A stretch of DNA of 64,000 nucleotides, taken from positions 32,001 through 96,000 of the forward strand of contig CAWIXE010000001.1 of the NCBI GenBank assembly GCA_963840035.1, in the 5' to 3' direction. The notes under the pieces were generated by a model. It saw only the letters and a list, made by a program, of their open reading frames with translations, was not told the origin of the DNA and searched no databases. Source of the stretch: a candidate division FCPU426 bacterium (lineage in GTDB: Bacteria > Oederibacteriota > PGYV01 > Palsa-1178). The position numbers and the translations under genes are program-made. This document shows, piece by piece, positions 31,217-41,712 of this stretch (within the stretch, counting starts at the first letter, position 1; every line of letters starts with the position of its first letter).

Positions 31217-31501
31217 TTATGCCATGCAATGGCAGTTAACATTTTCACTTCTGACTATGAAGCCACCCAAATCAAAATCCACCTCAGCCGCTGAAATATC
31301 CGGGAATGAAAAAGGTTCCGTGAAGATCTTTACTTTACCTTCATAAACCAGCATGTCGCCCTTCTTTTTACCGGATGGTTCAAAAGACACGGTGTCGCTG
31401 CAGCAGCTTCTGTATACGGTAATCCTTACAGAATCCTTTGTTTTATTTCCTTTTTTTGATAGCTTTAAAAGTTCAGCAATTGCCTTATCAGTTACTTTCA
31501 T
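31217..31501 (-). CDS. HesB/IscA-like protein
   Basis: MKVTDKA, SCC, C-terminal CHC. Confidence 0.7.
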   Translation of the reverse strand: MKVTDKAIAELLKLSKKGNKTKDSVRITVYRSCCSDTVSFEPSGKKKGDMLVYEGKVKIFTEPFSFPDISAAEVDFDLGGFIVRSENVNCHCMA

Positions 31502-31502
31502 C

Positions 31503-31844
31503 CTATTTCCCCTTTCTTTTTACTATCATTTCCAGGTTTTTTCTGTCCTTTGTTATCAGTTCCTCATCGTGAAGCCATTTTTTTATCACTTTGAGCACAT
31601 CCCCGCAGCACTGCTCGGCTGTCTGCCCGTTTATGGAGTAATATATCCATTTTTTATCCCGCCTGTCCGTTACCAGGCCGCACTCCTTAAGAATGTTAAG
31701 GTTGCGCGAAGCGCGCGTCTGGGATATTCCCATGGCTTTCATCAGGTCGCAAACGCACACTTCCCCGCCGGTTTCCAGGAGCTTAATCATCCTGATGCGC
31801 GTTTCGTCGCTTAGGGCGCTGAAGACTTTTACTGCTTTTTTCAT
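31503..31844 (-). CDS. ArsR family regulator
   Basis: ALSDETRIRM, EVCVCDL, SRNL. Confidence 0.9.
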   Translation of the reverse strand: MKKAVKVFSALSDETRIRMIKLLETGGEVCVCDLMKAMGISQTRASRNLNILKECGLVTDRRDKKWIYYSINGQTAEQCCGDVLKVIKKWLHDEELITKDRKNLEMIVKRKGK

Positions 31845-31863
31845 GTGAACCTCCGGTTCGTTT

Positions 31864-31945
31864 GAGTTTCAGAGACAAGAGACTGGAGACTGGAGTAAAC
31901 CTTTATGTTCTCCTGCTTTACTCTTGTCTCCAATCTCCTGTCTGC
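31864..31945. repeat. heptamer (GAGACAG/GAGACTG) inverted-repeat element
   Basis: Related copies at 48514-48595, 49709-49790, 59700-59790; half copy at 33196-33222. Confidence 0.8.
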
Positions 31946-32182
31946 CTTCAACTCTTTCTTTTCATATGCACATATCCGCATATATAAATATATCAGAACC
32001 CGGTCTTATTGTCAAGGTGATTTGATAGAAATTTACAGGAAGCTTTGCCTAAAAGTTCTATTACATGATATGGGTACCCATGCAAAAAACACGTAATTAG
32101 TTCCAATAATTATCTGACTAATTATTTGAACTTTTGAATAAATCTGGGCCTGACGCTTTTGTCATTTCTCCCACTTGTTGAA

Positions 32183-33085
32183 TTATCTTTTTGATTTTTC
32201 AAGACTCGTAATATAAATACACCTATATTCCGAACCTGGTTTATTATTGTTTTGTTGACCGTTTTTCTTATAAAAATAGCATATGATTTTTTGATAATTA
32301 TCATCCTCTCTGGCAACTTTCAATATAACTGATAAATCATTTTTATTTTTCCATTTTCCTTCATACTCCATATCTCCTCCCTGTATGTTTACTAAATATT
32401 TACCATCTGTTATAAATGTGTCTATACTAGTGTAAGCTTGGTTGATATAATATGCGTTGAAAACATCAAACTTCCACTCTTTTTTAATTTTATTATACCC
32501 TTCCAATTCTAATATTTTCCCGACATATGCGTCTCTGTTTTCATATAATTCTTTTAATGTAACATTAAATGTTTTTACACTGCATTCATCTCCTTTATAA
32601 TCCCGCTTGTCCTTACCCGTCACTTTTATGTTAATTCCGCATTCATTCTCTTTTCCTGTGAATAATTCCTTTAATAATTCTTCATTTGTTTTTTTATACA
32701 AATATTTTATATTGATATAGTATTCCTTGCCGCTTTTTAAACCTGTAATAGACAAACAATTATTTTGTGTAAAAATTGTCTTTATGATTTTTTCACTTAT
32801 TAAATCATTAACTACACCTGTTGCTTTATCGCCGATGTTTTTTTCATAAATATTCACCATATATCCTAATTCTTTTATTGAATCTACGGTAACATTGATA
32901 TTTGATAAATCTTCTGCGGACATGTCAGCTAATTTGTCCCACGATAAAAGTACAACATTCTTAAATAAATTTGCCGTGATATGTTTTTTTATACTGCCTT
33001 TTTCCGTTTGTTCCGAAATACCACAATACAAAATTTGAGAAAATAGGATAAGCAAAAAAATAATTGTAAATGTTGTTTTTTTCAT
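32183..33085 (-). CDS. AT-rich exported hypothetical protein
   Basis: 300-aa ORF with signal peptide; visibly lower GC than flanks. Confidence 0.7.
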   Translation of the reverse strand: MKKTTFTIIFLLILFSQILYCGISEQTEKGSIKKHITANLFKNVVLLSWDKLADMSAEDLSNINVTVDSIKELGYMVNIYEKNIGDKATGVVNDLISEKIIKTIFTQNNCLSITGLKSGKEYYINIKYLYKKTNEELLKELFTGKENECGINIKVTGKDKRDYKGDECSVKTFNVTLKELYENRDAYVGKILELEGYNKIKKEWKFDVFNAYYINQAYTSIDTFITDGKYLVNIQGGDMEYEGKWKNKNDLSVILKVAREDDNYQKIICYFYKKNGQQNNNKPGSEYRCIYITSLEKSKR

Positions 33086-33239
33086 TTGAGCTCCATATAA
33101 GAAAAAGGTGTCAGACTTGGCTTTTAAATTTTATAATTTTTCTTAGTTTTCTTAAGTATCAGACTGATTTCCTTCTGCATCTTTTAATCTTATTTTTCCT
33201 GTCTCCAGTCTCCTGTCTGCTCTTACCTCATACTTATTA

Positions 33240-35045
33240 TTATACGGTGAATTTGTCCGTGGCGTTCTTTAAGGTTTCCGCCGTGCCTGAGAGCGTCTCT
33301 GCCGCGGCGTGGAGTTCTTCCATGGCTGAGGACTGTTCCTGTGACGATGCGGCTGCTTCCTGGGAAGAGGCCGCTATCTGCTGCGATGACGCGGCGATCG
33401 ATTCCACCTGTGAGGCCACGTCATTGACGCTTACCACTATTTCCGCGAAAAGCCCGTGCGCCTCTTTTGAAATTTCCGCGCTTTCCGTAATGGCAGCCGA
33501 GCTTTCCTGTGATATTTCCACGGCAGATATGATGTCATTCCTGACTTCTTTTATCCTGACCCTGATCTTCTTAGCCTGTTCTGTGGATAAATCCGAGAGT
33601 TTCCTTATCTCTTCTGCCACCACTACAAACCCGCGGCCGGACTCGCCGGCGCGCGCCGCTTCAATGGCCGCGTTAAATGAGAGCAGTTTTGTTTCATCAG
33701 CCACAGATTCTATGACCGCGACCATGTTCTGTATCTCCTGTGAATGGCCGCCGAGCACATCCATTTGTTTGCTCGACCTGGCGTAAGAATCGGTAAGATT
33801 ATTCATTTTTTCCATAAGCTGGTCCATCCTGTCAGCGCCGTTCTGGGCGGCTTTCTCCGCCCTAACGCTCGCGGCCGATGCCGCCTGTGAATTTTTCGCG
33901 GCCTCTGAAGTAGCCTGTGATATGGACCCGACTGTTTCCGCCAGCTGGGATATGGTATTCTGGCTCTGCTCCGATATGGCCGCAAGCTCCTTTGAAGAGG
34001 ACGCGATATACCCGGCTTCCATCTGTATCCTTTTTATTAGTTCGCGCAGATTCACCAGCATTGACTCGCTTGCCTTTCCAAGCACGTCGTTATCCGACTT
34101 TGCAGTGAACTGGGCGGAAAGGTCCCCTGAAGCTATTTTCTCGGATATGCCGGCTATCGCGTTAAGGTATTCTATCATACCGGAAAAAGCCCTTCCTATG
34201 GCGTCCCGGCCGGACCTTATTTCTATCTTTTCCCCGATAACGCCCCCGGAAATTTTTTCCGATATAACGGCTATCTTATCCATATAAGCGGCCAAATGGC
34301 TGAAATTCCTGGATAGTTTCTCAACCTCATCCCCCGATTCCACAATGGCTACTTTGCTCCATGTCTCGCCGCTGCTTAATTTTTCGGATATATCCGCTAT
34401 CTTATTGACCGGCCTTATCATGCTTAAATAAAGGAACCCGAATATCATCAGCGCGATGGCCGCGGTTCCGGCTATTCCCAAAAAGACTGAATTCCTGGCG
34501 GTTTTTCCCATGTCCAGGTTCAGGGTTGTCTTGTCAAAAGCCACCGCAATTGATCCGGCATTTTTGTTTTTATAGGCAATCGGCAGCGAAATCTCATAAG
34601 AATCCCTGCCATATCCTTTTACCTGTGAAATGTTGTAACCAAGCATTTCATTTTTCATCTTCACGGTATCCGGCATCGCAAAATCAGTCCTCCCTTCGGA
34701 GTTGTACTTCGCGATTACTTTCCCTTTCAGGTATACAGCCGCGTAAAGCATGTCTTCCCTGGTAACCGCGGCCTCCAGTATGAATGTCAGCTGCCTTATG
34801 TCGGCTTCTTTTAAACCGCCATTGTTTTTTTCAAAATTTGCCCTCACGACAGGCCCGGCCATATACACGCAGAATTCGCCAAGCGACACGACTTTTTCGG
34901 CAAACTTCTGCCCCACTATCCTGCTGTAGTTTGACATGTTGTAATAAGTTATGCCCCACGCCAGTAAAACAGCGCCAATAAAAACGATAAGCGCCGCTTT
35001 AAGCCCGAAAGCCATTTTTAACCGCATTCTCCGCTCTCCCGTCAC
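33240..35045 (-). CDS. methyl-accepting chemotaxis protein
   Basis: 2 TM helices, HAMP domains, [30 protein letters not shown]. Confidence 0.95.
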   Translation of the reverse strand: MTGERRMRLKMAFGLKAALIVFIGAVLLAWGITYYNMSNYSRIVGQKFAEKVVSLGEFCVYMAGPVVRANFEKNNGGLKEADIRQLTFILEAAVTREDMLYAAVYLKGKVIAKYNSEGRTDFAMPDTVKMKNEMLGYNISQVKGYGRDSYEISLPIAYKNKNAGSIAVAFDKTTLNLDMGKTARNSVFLGIAGTAAIALMIFGFLYLSMIRPVNKIADISEKLSSGETWSKVAIVESGDEVEKLSRNFSHLAAYMDKIAVISEKISGGVIGEKIEIRSGRDAIGRAFSGMIEYLNAIAGISEKIASGDLSAQFTAKSDNDVLGKASESMLVNLRELIKRIQMEAGYIASSSKELAAISEQSQNTISQLAETVGSISQATSEAAKNSQAASAASVRAEKAAQNGADRMDQLMEKMNNLTDSYARSSKQMDVLGGHSQEIQNMVAVIESVADETKLLSFNAAIEAARAGESGRGFVVVAEEIRKLSDLSTEQAKKIRVRIKEVRNDIISAVEISQESSAAITESAEISKEAHGLFAEIVVSVNDVASQVESIAASSQQIAASSQEAAASSQEQSSAMEELHAAAETLSGTAETLKNATDKFTV

Positions 35046-35050
35046 ATTTA

Positions 35051-36211
35051 CTATTTATTTTTAGTTCCCGAATATAAACCGGTAACCACCCATGAAGCGG
35101 CATTTATAATGCCGGATTTTTTCTTCCTTACGCCGCGCGCCGCTTCCTTCGCCAGATTTGAGGACCTCTCAAAAAATTCAGGCAGGTTTATCCACGCCAT
35201 GGCTGTTATTTCGGATATCCTTCCGGCCCCTATAAACTTCAGGGGTTTTAACAACCTTCTTAAACCCTCTGCCATCGCCTCACGCGGCAGCAGAGCCGCC
35301 AGCATGGATGAGATGCCGGTCAGGATCAGCACGCGTGACGCGAAAAAACCGCCTTCAGCCATCCCAAAATCTGTTATTGTAACAGGCCCGGCCTGAAAGA
35401 CCGGGTTGCCTCCGCCGTTAAAAACAGCGGGTATAAACACTGAAAACAGCGCCAGATACTTCGCCCTCCATACAGAGATAACAACTTTCTCAAGTTTCCC
35501 TGACGCGGCCGCAATCCCGGCGATGAAAGCCGCGGATACCGCGAGGAACACAAACCTTCCGGCCAGAAGGACCGCGGCTGAGAACACTGCCGCGAATAAT
35601 ATCATGAACACGGCTCTTGCGGCAAGCCTGCCGGGCACCCGCACATGATGCCCGGTTTTAAATCCGGTTGTCCCGGCGCCGCCCCGGGCGGCTATGGCCG
35701 CGCACGCGTCAGAGGCTATAACCCCGTTTAAAAACCCTGACAGCGCGCCCGTTATGGCGAGCAGCGGCATAATCCACAAAACCGCATCGTTCCTTATTAA
35801 AATAAAATATACTATGGCTACCTGCGCCGCGTTATGAGCCACCCCGCCTGCTATTGATATCCCGGCGAGCGAAATAGGCGGCTTTTTCATCGTCTTAAGC
35901 GGAAAATAAAAAGCCGCCATGACAAGCGTGCTGGTAATTGAGGCGCCAAGGCTAAGAATAAAACCGGGCGACATTAATGTGCCGAGCATAAGCGACGCCA
36001 GCAGGCATCTCAGCACAGCCACTTCCATCGCACCCTTAAATCCCAGCTCCACCATGGCTATCATCGTAAAAATATTCGCCAGTCCCAGCTTGATTCCCGG
36101 TACCGGAAGCCTGGGAAGGAAAGATTCAGCAGCCTGGAGTACTGTGGCGCATGTCACAAGCAGGGCTGTTTTTTCCGTTTCCCGTCCGGCCTGGGGCTGC
36201 ATCAGGTTCAA
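35051..36211 (-). CDS. Gx transporter (EetB-like) fused to an EcfT-like domain
   Basis: ESFLP..PGIKLGLAN, S..GGVAHN..Q; C-half EcfT-like (GPVTIT..G...G.....R; L..LL.PL). Confidence 0.8.
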   Translation of the reverse strand: MNLMQPQAGRETEKTALLVTCATVLQAAESFLPRLPVPGIKLGLANIFTMIAMVELGFKGAMEVAVLRCLLASLMLGTLMSPGFILSLGASITSTLVMAAFYFPLKTMKKPPISLAGISIAGGVAHNAAQVAIVYFILIRNDAVLWIMPLLAITGALSGFLNGVIASDACAAIAARGGAGTTGFKTGHHVRVPGRLAARAVFMILFAAVFSAAVLLAGRFVFLAVSAAFIAGIAAASGKLEKVVISVWRAKYLALFSVFIPAVFNGGGNPVFQAGPVTITDFGMAEGGFFASRVLILTGISSMLAALLPREAMAEGLRRLLKPLKFIGAGRISEITAMAWINLPEFFERSSNLAKEAARGVRKKKSGIINAASWVVTGLYSGTKNK

Positions 36212-36582
36212 TATGAAAGAGCGTCAAATCCCGGTTTCTCCCCCGGGGATTCTATTTCTATGAGCACTTTATTGGGCACGCAGACTATTGATTCCCCCGG
36301 GCGGCATATGGCCGCCGCATGCGAGCATATCTGCCTGGGACAATCCGATTTTTTCACGCTTATCCGGCCGTTCTTTGATTCTATGACCATTTTTCCGGTA
36401 TCAACAACAGAATCCTTTTTCATGTCAAGTTCGCCGGTTTTTACGCCCCCTGTATATATGACGGCTTTCCCGGAAGAACCGGAACTTTTTACCATGACAA
36501 AACCCGCGGATATGATAACTACGCTGATTAGCAGGATTATATCCGCGGTTTTTATGATGTACATAGCATCCCTGTTTATCAT
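36208..36582 (-). CDS. NusG domain II protein (EetA-like)
   Basis: SDCPRQIC...GESIVCVPNKVLI. Confidence 0.9.
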   Translation of the reverse strand: MINRDAMYIIKTADIILLISVVIISAGFVMVKSSGSSGKAVIYTGGVKTGELDMKKDSVVDTGKMVIESKNGRISVKKSDCPRQICSHAAAICRPGESIVCVPNKVLIEIESPGEKPGFDALSY

Positions 36583-36603
36583 AACACCCCCGCTGATATA
36601 CTA

Positions 36604-36632
36604 AGTATACGCACAGCCAAAGCTTATGTCAA
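36604..36632 (-). promoter_or_regulatory. sigma70 promoter
   Basis: TTGACA-N17-TATACT. Confidence 0.55.
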
Positions 36633-36684
36633 TTTTTAACTGGATTTAAAGCGGTTTTTTTGTTAAAACAGCATGGCTTATAAC

Positions 36685-38532
36685 CTAAAGTATAAATTTA
36701 TCAGTGGCTGATTTTAGCGTATTTGCGGTATCGGCAAACTCTGAAACTACGGCGTTTAATTCCTCCATGGATGACGACTGTTCCTGTGACGAGGCTGAAG
36801 CTTCCTGTGAGGACGCCGCGATCTGCTGTGAGGACGCGGCTATTGATTCCATCTGCGCCGCGGTCTCATCTACGGATTTTACTATATCGATGAAAAGCAT
36901 ATTTGTCTCTTTGGCAAGCTCTTCGCCCGCCCTTATTCCTTCATATTCCCTGTTTACAATCTCTATGGCTTCAGCTATATCTTTCAATACCGCCTTTATC
37001 CTCTCGGCTATTTTCACCGCCTGCTCATTGCTCATGTCTGAAAGTTTCCTTATCTCTTCGGCTACGACCACAAAACCCCTTCCCGCCTCACCGGCGCGCG
37101 CGGCTTCAATAGCGGCGTTAAACGAAAGCAGCCTGGTCTCGTCAGCCACGGATTTTATAACCGCGGTCATGTTCTTTATCTCCTCGGAATGCTTCCCGAG
37201 CTTATTCATAGACTGCGTGGACAGCCCTATTTCAGAACTTAACTCCGTCATTTTTTCCAGCAGCATATTCATGCGCTCCGTGCCTTTTTTTGCGGAATTT
37301 TCAGCCTTAATACTGGCATGCGATGCTGTCTGCGAGTTCTTAGCCGCTTCGGATGTGGCGTTGGATATGTTTGAAATGGTCTCTGCCAGCTGCCCTATGG
37401 TAGCCTTGGACTGCTCGGAAATGTTCATCATCTGTTTTGAGGAATCGGCAAGAAAGTTGGACTGGTCCTGTATGCTTGAAACAAGGGTTTTAAGAGAAGC
37501 TGTCATGTCGGCGCAGGCATTGCCAAGCATGTCTTTGTCGGATTTTGCCATGAAACTTGTCGTAAGGTCTCCTTTTGCCACTTTGCCGAGGAACGAAGAA
37601 ATTTCATTGATGTACTTTAACATCTTTATGAAGGAAATTCCGAGCGTGTCCTTGTCGGATTTCGGCTCAAAGGCGTCCACAACCTCGCCGGAGGATACAT
37701 TTTCCGATACCCATGCAATAAAGTTTATATACTCCGACATCTCATGAAAACTCTTCGTTAAAACGCCTATCTCGTCATTGCTTTTTATTACCTCTATATT
37801 TTCGCTGATATCGCCGGTGGCTATCCTGGCTGATATTCTTGACAACTTTTTAATGGGCCTTATCATGTTAAAAAATATAAATAACACGATCAATACGCCG
37901 ATTACTGTCGCGTTCAGCGAGGTAAAAATAAAGGCGGACTGCGTGCCGCTGTTTATCTGTTTTGTAATGCTTTTCATATCAAAGCCAAGGATAAGCTGCC
38001 CGACTTCGTTGCCCATAAGCAGGAGTTCGTCCCCGCCCTTTAATTCTATGGGAATGGTTATTTCATAGCTGCTTTCACCCTTGCCTAATACGGAATACAG
38101 CGGGTATGATGTGAACTTTTTGTCCGTCTTCGTTTTTTCGGGAAGTTTCGCGTTCCCGGAAACAAATGCCGAACTTATTACCGCGTTGTTCTGCTTTATA
38201 GCAGCGTATATGATGTCTTTCCTGGATACGGCCGCCTGGAGGACCTCGTTTATCCTCTGCTTTATCCTGCGTTCCGGGTTTATTTTAAGCTTTGCTTTCT
38301 GGGACGCTGACATATTCTGCAGGTTCTGCAGCTCCAGCATGGATTGGCTTACGAGCGAAGCCGTATTCTCGCCCAGGGTTATAATCCTCTCCTGGAATTC
38401 CTTCATCACGATTTTTTTATAGATATAAGCGTCATATGTAGACCCGGCCAGGCTTATGAGGACCATGGTGGCAAGGACCATAAAGGAAATTTTAAAGCCC
38501 AGTGACATCGCTGCATTTTTTCCTTTTGCCAA
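36685..38532 (-). CDS. methyl-accepting chemotaxis protein
   Basis: [16 protein letters not shown]; paralog of 33240-35045. Confidence 0.95.
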   Translation of the reverse strand: MAKGKNAAMSLGFKISFMVLATMVLISLAGSTYDAYIYKKIVMKEFQERIITLGENTASLVSQSMLELQNLQNMSASQKAKLKINPERRIKQRINEVLQAAVSRKDIIYAAIKQNNAVISSAFVSGNAKLPEKTKTDKKFTSYPLYSVLGKGESSYEITIPIELKGGDELLLMGNEVGQLILGFDMKSITKQINSGTQSAFIFTSLNATVIGVLIVLFIFFNMIRPIKKLSRISARIATGDISENIEVIKSNDEIGVLTKSFHEMSEYINFIAWVSENVSSGEVVDAFEPKSDKDTLGISFIKMLKYINEISSFLGKVAKGDLTTSFMAKSDKDMLGNACADMTASLKTLVSSIQDQSNFLADSSKQMMNISEQSKATIGQLAETISNISNATSEAAKNSQTASHASIKAENSAKKGTERMNMLLEKMTELSSEIGLSTQSMNKLGKHSEEIKNMTAVIKSVADETRLLSFNAAIEAARAGEAGRGFVVVAEEIRKLSDMSNEQAVKIAERIKAVLKDIAEAIEIVNREYEGIRAGEELAKETNMLFIDIVKSVDETAAQMESIAASSQQIAASSQEASASSQEQSSSMEELNAVVSEFADTANTLKSATDKFIL

Positions 38533-38626
38533 ACCGCACCTCGTTTTTAAGATGAAATGTACCTTTTATTATTATATACCATGACACTTATAATTACAAT
38601 ACTCTATGGCGGTGTGATACTGTACG

Positions 38627-38862
38627 TAATAGTGTGTAAACTCGGAACCGGGCACCTCCCCTCTCCCTCCATGGCTACTTATAGTCCCCCCTTGCGGGGG
38701 AGAGAGGGCTAGGGAGAGGGTGCCGTAGAGGCAATCCGGCTTTTGGGAGAGATATGCATTGCCGATACCTCACCCCCATCCCGTCCTTCCCCCTTCGAGG
38801 GGGAAGGGGGTGCTTATAAATGCCAACATATTTGCCTACTATTATTAATTTACACACTATTA
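38627..38862. mobile_element. MITE-like element
   Basis: Ends TAATAGTGTGTAAACT...AATTTACACACTATTA; internal CCCTC-type palindromes; related element at 47696-47875. Confidence 0.6.
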
Positions 38863-38881
38863 AAGACAATATCCGGCGGTG

Positions 38882-39874
38882 TTATTGCGCCTTTGCCTTG
38901 TTTTTTCCCTGCTTAACCACGCTTACAACCCCGGCAAGGCCGTCGGTATAATAGACTTCCTGTCCTTCAGTTACAACCACGGCTTCGGCATTTCCAAGTT
39001 TTTTAAGCATTTCAAAGCCTTTTTCCCTGCCCATGATAAATATTGAGGAGGATAAACCGTCAGCTTCCACCGGATCCTGGCACATGACCGTGACGCTTAT
39101 TAAACCCCTGGCGGGTTTTCCGGTTGCCGGGTCCATAAGGTGATGGTAACGCACGCCGCCCTCCTCAAAAAACCTTTCATAATCCCCTGAAGATATTACA
39201 AGCATGTCTGACACTTCCAGCACGCCTATGACCCCGTTTCCCCTCGGGTCTTTTATTCCGACCTTCCAGTCCCTGCCATAGTTTTTACCGATGGCATAAA
39301 TGTCTCCGCCCGCGTCAATCAGCGCGTTTTTAACCCCCTCTTTTTTCAGGGTATTGGCGCATTCCTCCACCGAGTATAATTTCGCTATGCCGCCGATGTC
39401 CACTGCAGTGCCTTTCCTTAATTTCGTGAGACGGCCGTTTTTTATCACAAGGTTTTTGTACCCGACATCTGCCAGAGCCTTTTTTATGGCCGCGTCCGCG
39501 GGCACCTTCATCGTGTCATAAAACCCCCACAGCTTCATGATGGGATAAATGGTTATGTCAAATTTTCCGCCTGAGAGGACGCTCACATTTATGCCGCGCT
39601 GTATTATTTTAATTATTTCAGGGTCTGTTACCGGTATGTTCTCATTGTTGAATTTATAAAGGATTGCGTCTTTGTCAAGGATGCTGAATTTTTTCCCGAT
39701 CTCTTCCATCCTGTCCAGGGCTTTATCGATAGCCGGCAGGATTTCCCTGCCTCCGGGCACCTGTATCGTGACTATTGTATCCATCATAAAACGCGTCCTC
39801 TTCTGCATCTGCCCCGTACATCCTGAAAGCGCGAATACCAGCATCGCTGCGGCAACACATAAAAGTTTTTTCAT
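38882..39874 (-). CDS. apbE: FAD:protein FMN transferase lipoprotein
   Basis: Lipobox LSGC, DIGGIAK, SSGDYER, YHHLMDP.TG, ADGLSS. Confidence 0.95.
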   Translation of the reverse strand: MKKLLCVAAAMLVFALSGCTGQMQKRTRFMMDTIVTIQVPGGREILPAIDKALDRMEEIGKKFSILDKDAILYKFNNENIPVTDPEIIKIIQRGINVSVLSGGKFDITIYPIMKLWGFYDTMKVPADAAIKKALADVGYKNLVIKNGRLTKLRKGTAVDIGGIAKLYSVEECANTLKKEGVKNALIDAGGDIYAIGKNYGRDWKVGIKDPRGNGVIGVLEVSDMLVISSGDYERFFEEGGVRYHHLMDPATGKPARGLISVTVMCQDPVEADGLSSSIFIMGREKGFEMLKKLGNAEAVVVTEGQEVYYTDGLAGVVSVVKQGKNKAKAQ

Positions 39875-39988
39875 TTTTCCTCCAAAGCCGGCCTTAAAAA
39901 CCGGTAAATGTTTTATTTTTTAACTTGCAGGCCACATTATAAATGAAAAAGCGGCTTTTTCAAGCCGCCCTTTTTGGATCTCTATTTT

Positions 39989-40438
39989 TTATACAAGTTC
40001 GTATGAGTTCTTACCCGTCTTTTTCATCATGTATTTCTGCCTTAAAAGGAGTTTCGCGAGCGTGTATGAGTCCAGATAATCCATCATAGCAGCCCTTAAT
40101 CCTTCCCACATTTCCCTTGTGGCGCAGGTGTTTGCGTTCGGGCATTCGGAATTTTCAGGAACGCAGCACAACGGCAGGACATCGCCCTCAGCCGTCTGTA
40201 TGACGTCTCCCATCTTGATCTTTTTCGGGTCCATGGCCAGGACAAACCCGCCGCTTTTGCCTTTTGTGCTCTGCACAAAACCGGAATTAATGAAAAGCCT
40301 CATTATGTTTTCCAGGTATTTCACGGATATTTTCTGCGTTATTGAAATCCTTTTCAGGGACACAGGGCCTTTTCCATATTGCGTGGCAAGGCAAAGCAGC
40401 GCTCTGATAGCATATCTTCCTCTTGTTGATATTTTCAT
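39989..40438 (-). CDS. Rrf2 family regulator (3-Cys Fe-S type)
   Basis: STRGRYA, YLENI, G..GGF, C..C..C. Confidence 0.9.
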   Translation of the reverse strand: MKISTRGRYAIRALLCLATQYGKGPVSLKRISITQKISVKYLENIMRLFINSGFVQSTKGKSGGFVLAMDPKKIKMGDVIQTAEGDVLPLCCVPENSECPNANTCATREMWEGLRAAMMDYLDSYTLAKLLLRQKYMMKKTGKNSYELV

Positions 40439-40532
40439 AATTTTCCTCCATGAAGCATGATATTTTGATGTGAATATTATCACAATGTATTATAAACAAA
40501 TTGACATTAAAAAGATAGGATTTTTATTTTAA

Positions 40533-40964
40533 TTACCGACTTTTGGTCGACACAATGCCGATTTCTCCGCTTATTAACTGCTGAAGATTTACTGAAGAAA
40601 GGTAATTTTGAACCGCGTCATGATAGCCCTTCCACGCGCTTAAAGCCTGACAGGTTTGATATTTTGGGCAGTCTCCCTGGTTATCGAGGCATGGCACAGG
40701 GGATATGGTGCCTTCCGTTATTTTCAATATTTCTTCCATGGTTATCTTTGATGGTTCCCTGGATAGTATGAATCCGCCTTTGTTTCCTTTGGAACTTATT
40801 ACAAGCCCTATCGCCGAAAACATCCTCATGATGTTTTCCAGGTACTTCTCTGATATGCCTTCGTTTTTAGCTATAGTTCCTATGGTAAGAGGCCCATGCC
40901 CAAAATGCAGGGCAAGTTCTATCATTGCCCTTAATGCGTACCTGCCTCTTGTTGATACCTTCAT
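40533..40964 (-). CDS. Rrf2 family regulator (3-Cys Fe-S type)
   Basis: STRGRYA, PCLDNQGDCPKYQTC. Confidence 0.9.
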   Translation of the reverse strand: MKVSTRGRYALRAMIELALHFGHGPLTIGTIAKNEGISEKYLENIMRMFSAIGLVISSKGNKGGFILSREPSKITMEEILKITEGTISPVPCLDNQGDCPKYQTCQALSAWKGYHDAVQNYLSSVNLQQLISGEIGIVSTKSR

Positions 40965-41070
40965 TTGATCCTCCAATATAATCATAAAACCCGGGGCTTA
41001 TGGGGCGGCTTTTCAGGGCCGCCCCTATATGCCGTTAATACCCCCGTACTTCATTGCCTTTTAGGCCCGC

Positions 41071-41604
41071 TTACTTTTTAGCTTTTACAGCCGTGAACGC
41101 GTCATATATTATGAGCGCCCTTTTAGCCGCTATAACCACTGCTTTTGAGGAAATTGTAGCGCCTGTTATCGCCCTGACATCTTTGCCTATCTCTATCGTG
41201 TCTGCCGATGACTTGCCCGCGAACTGCTTTACAAAATTAGCCTGTTTGATGCCTGCCCCGCGTTTTTCCGACATTGATATATATCCTATGGAAAGGATCT
41301 TCTTTGTCGCAGCGTCAATGAGTATGCCCATCTTAATCGGGCCCCATTTTCCCATCTGCTCCTCAATTACAACCGCGCCTGTCTTTGATGTATAAATCTC
41401 ATACTCCGTCCTTACCGGCATCTTATTCGCCAGCCCCGCCTGCACCGCCGCTGTCAGGTCGGCGCTTACAGCGAAAACCTGCGCCTTAAGGTCTGAATCC
41501 GGAAGTAGTTCTTTTACCACATTAGTCTTCATGTCTTCCGCCATGACTGAAACCGCCAGCAGCATCACCGCCGCCATTACCGCTACCGCAAATAACTTTT
41601 TCAT
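41071..41604 (-). CDS. exported FMN-binding domain protein (flavinylation substrate)
   Basis: Signal peptide; AITGATISS matches the [S/T]GA[S/T] ApbE target motif. Confidence 0.9.
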   Translation of the reverse strand: MKKLFAVAVMAAVMLLAVSVMAEDMKTNVVKELLPDSDLKAQVFAVSADLTAAVQAGLANKMPVRTEYEIYTSKTGAVVIEEQMGKWGPIKMGILIDAATKKILSIGYISMSEKRGAGIKQANFVKQFAGKSSADTIEIGKDVRAITGATISSKAVVIAAKRALIIYDAFTAVKAKK

Positions 41605-41712
41605 GATGTCTCCTCCTTTAAAATATTTTATATTTCCTTATCATTTGACGTATGAGTCCGTTTTTGGAGGGGTGGTTTTGCGCACCCCTCCAAATATCAC
41701 ACTGTTAATTTA

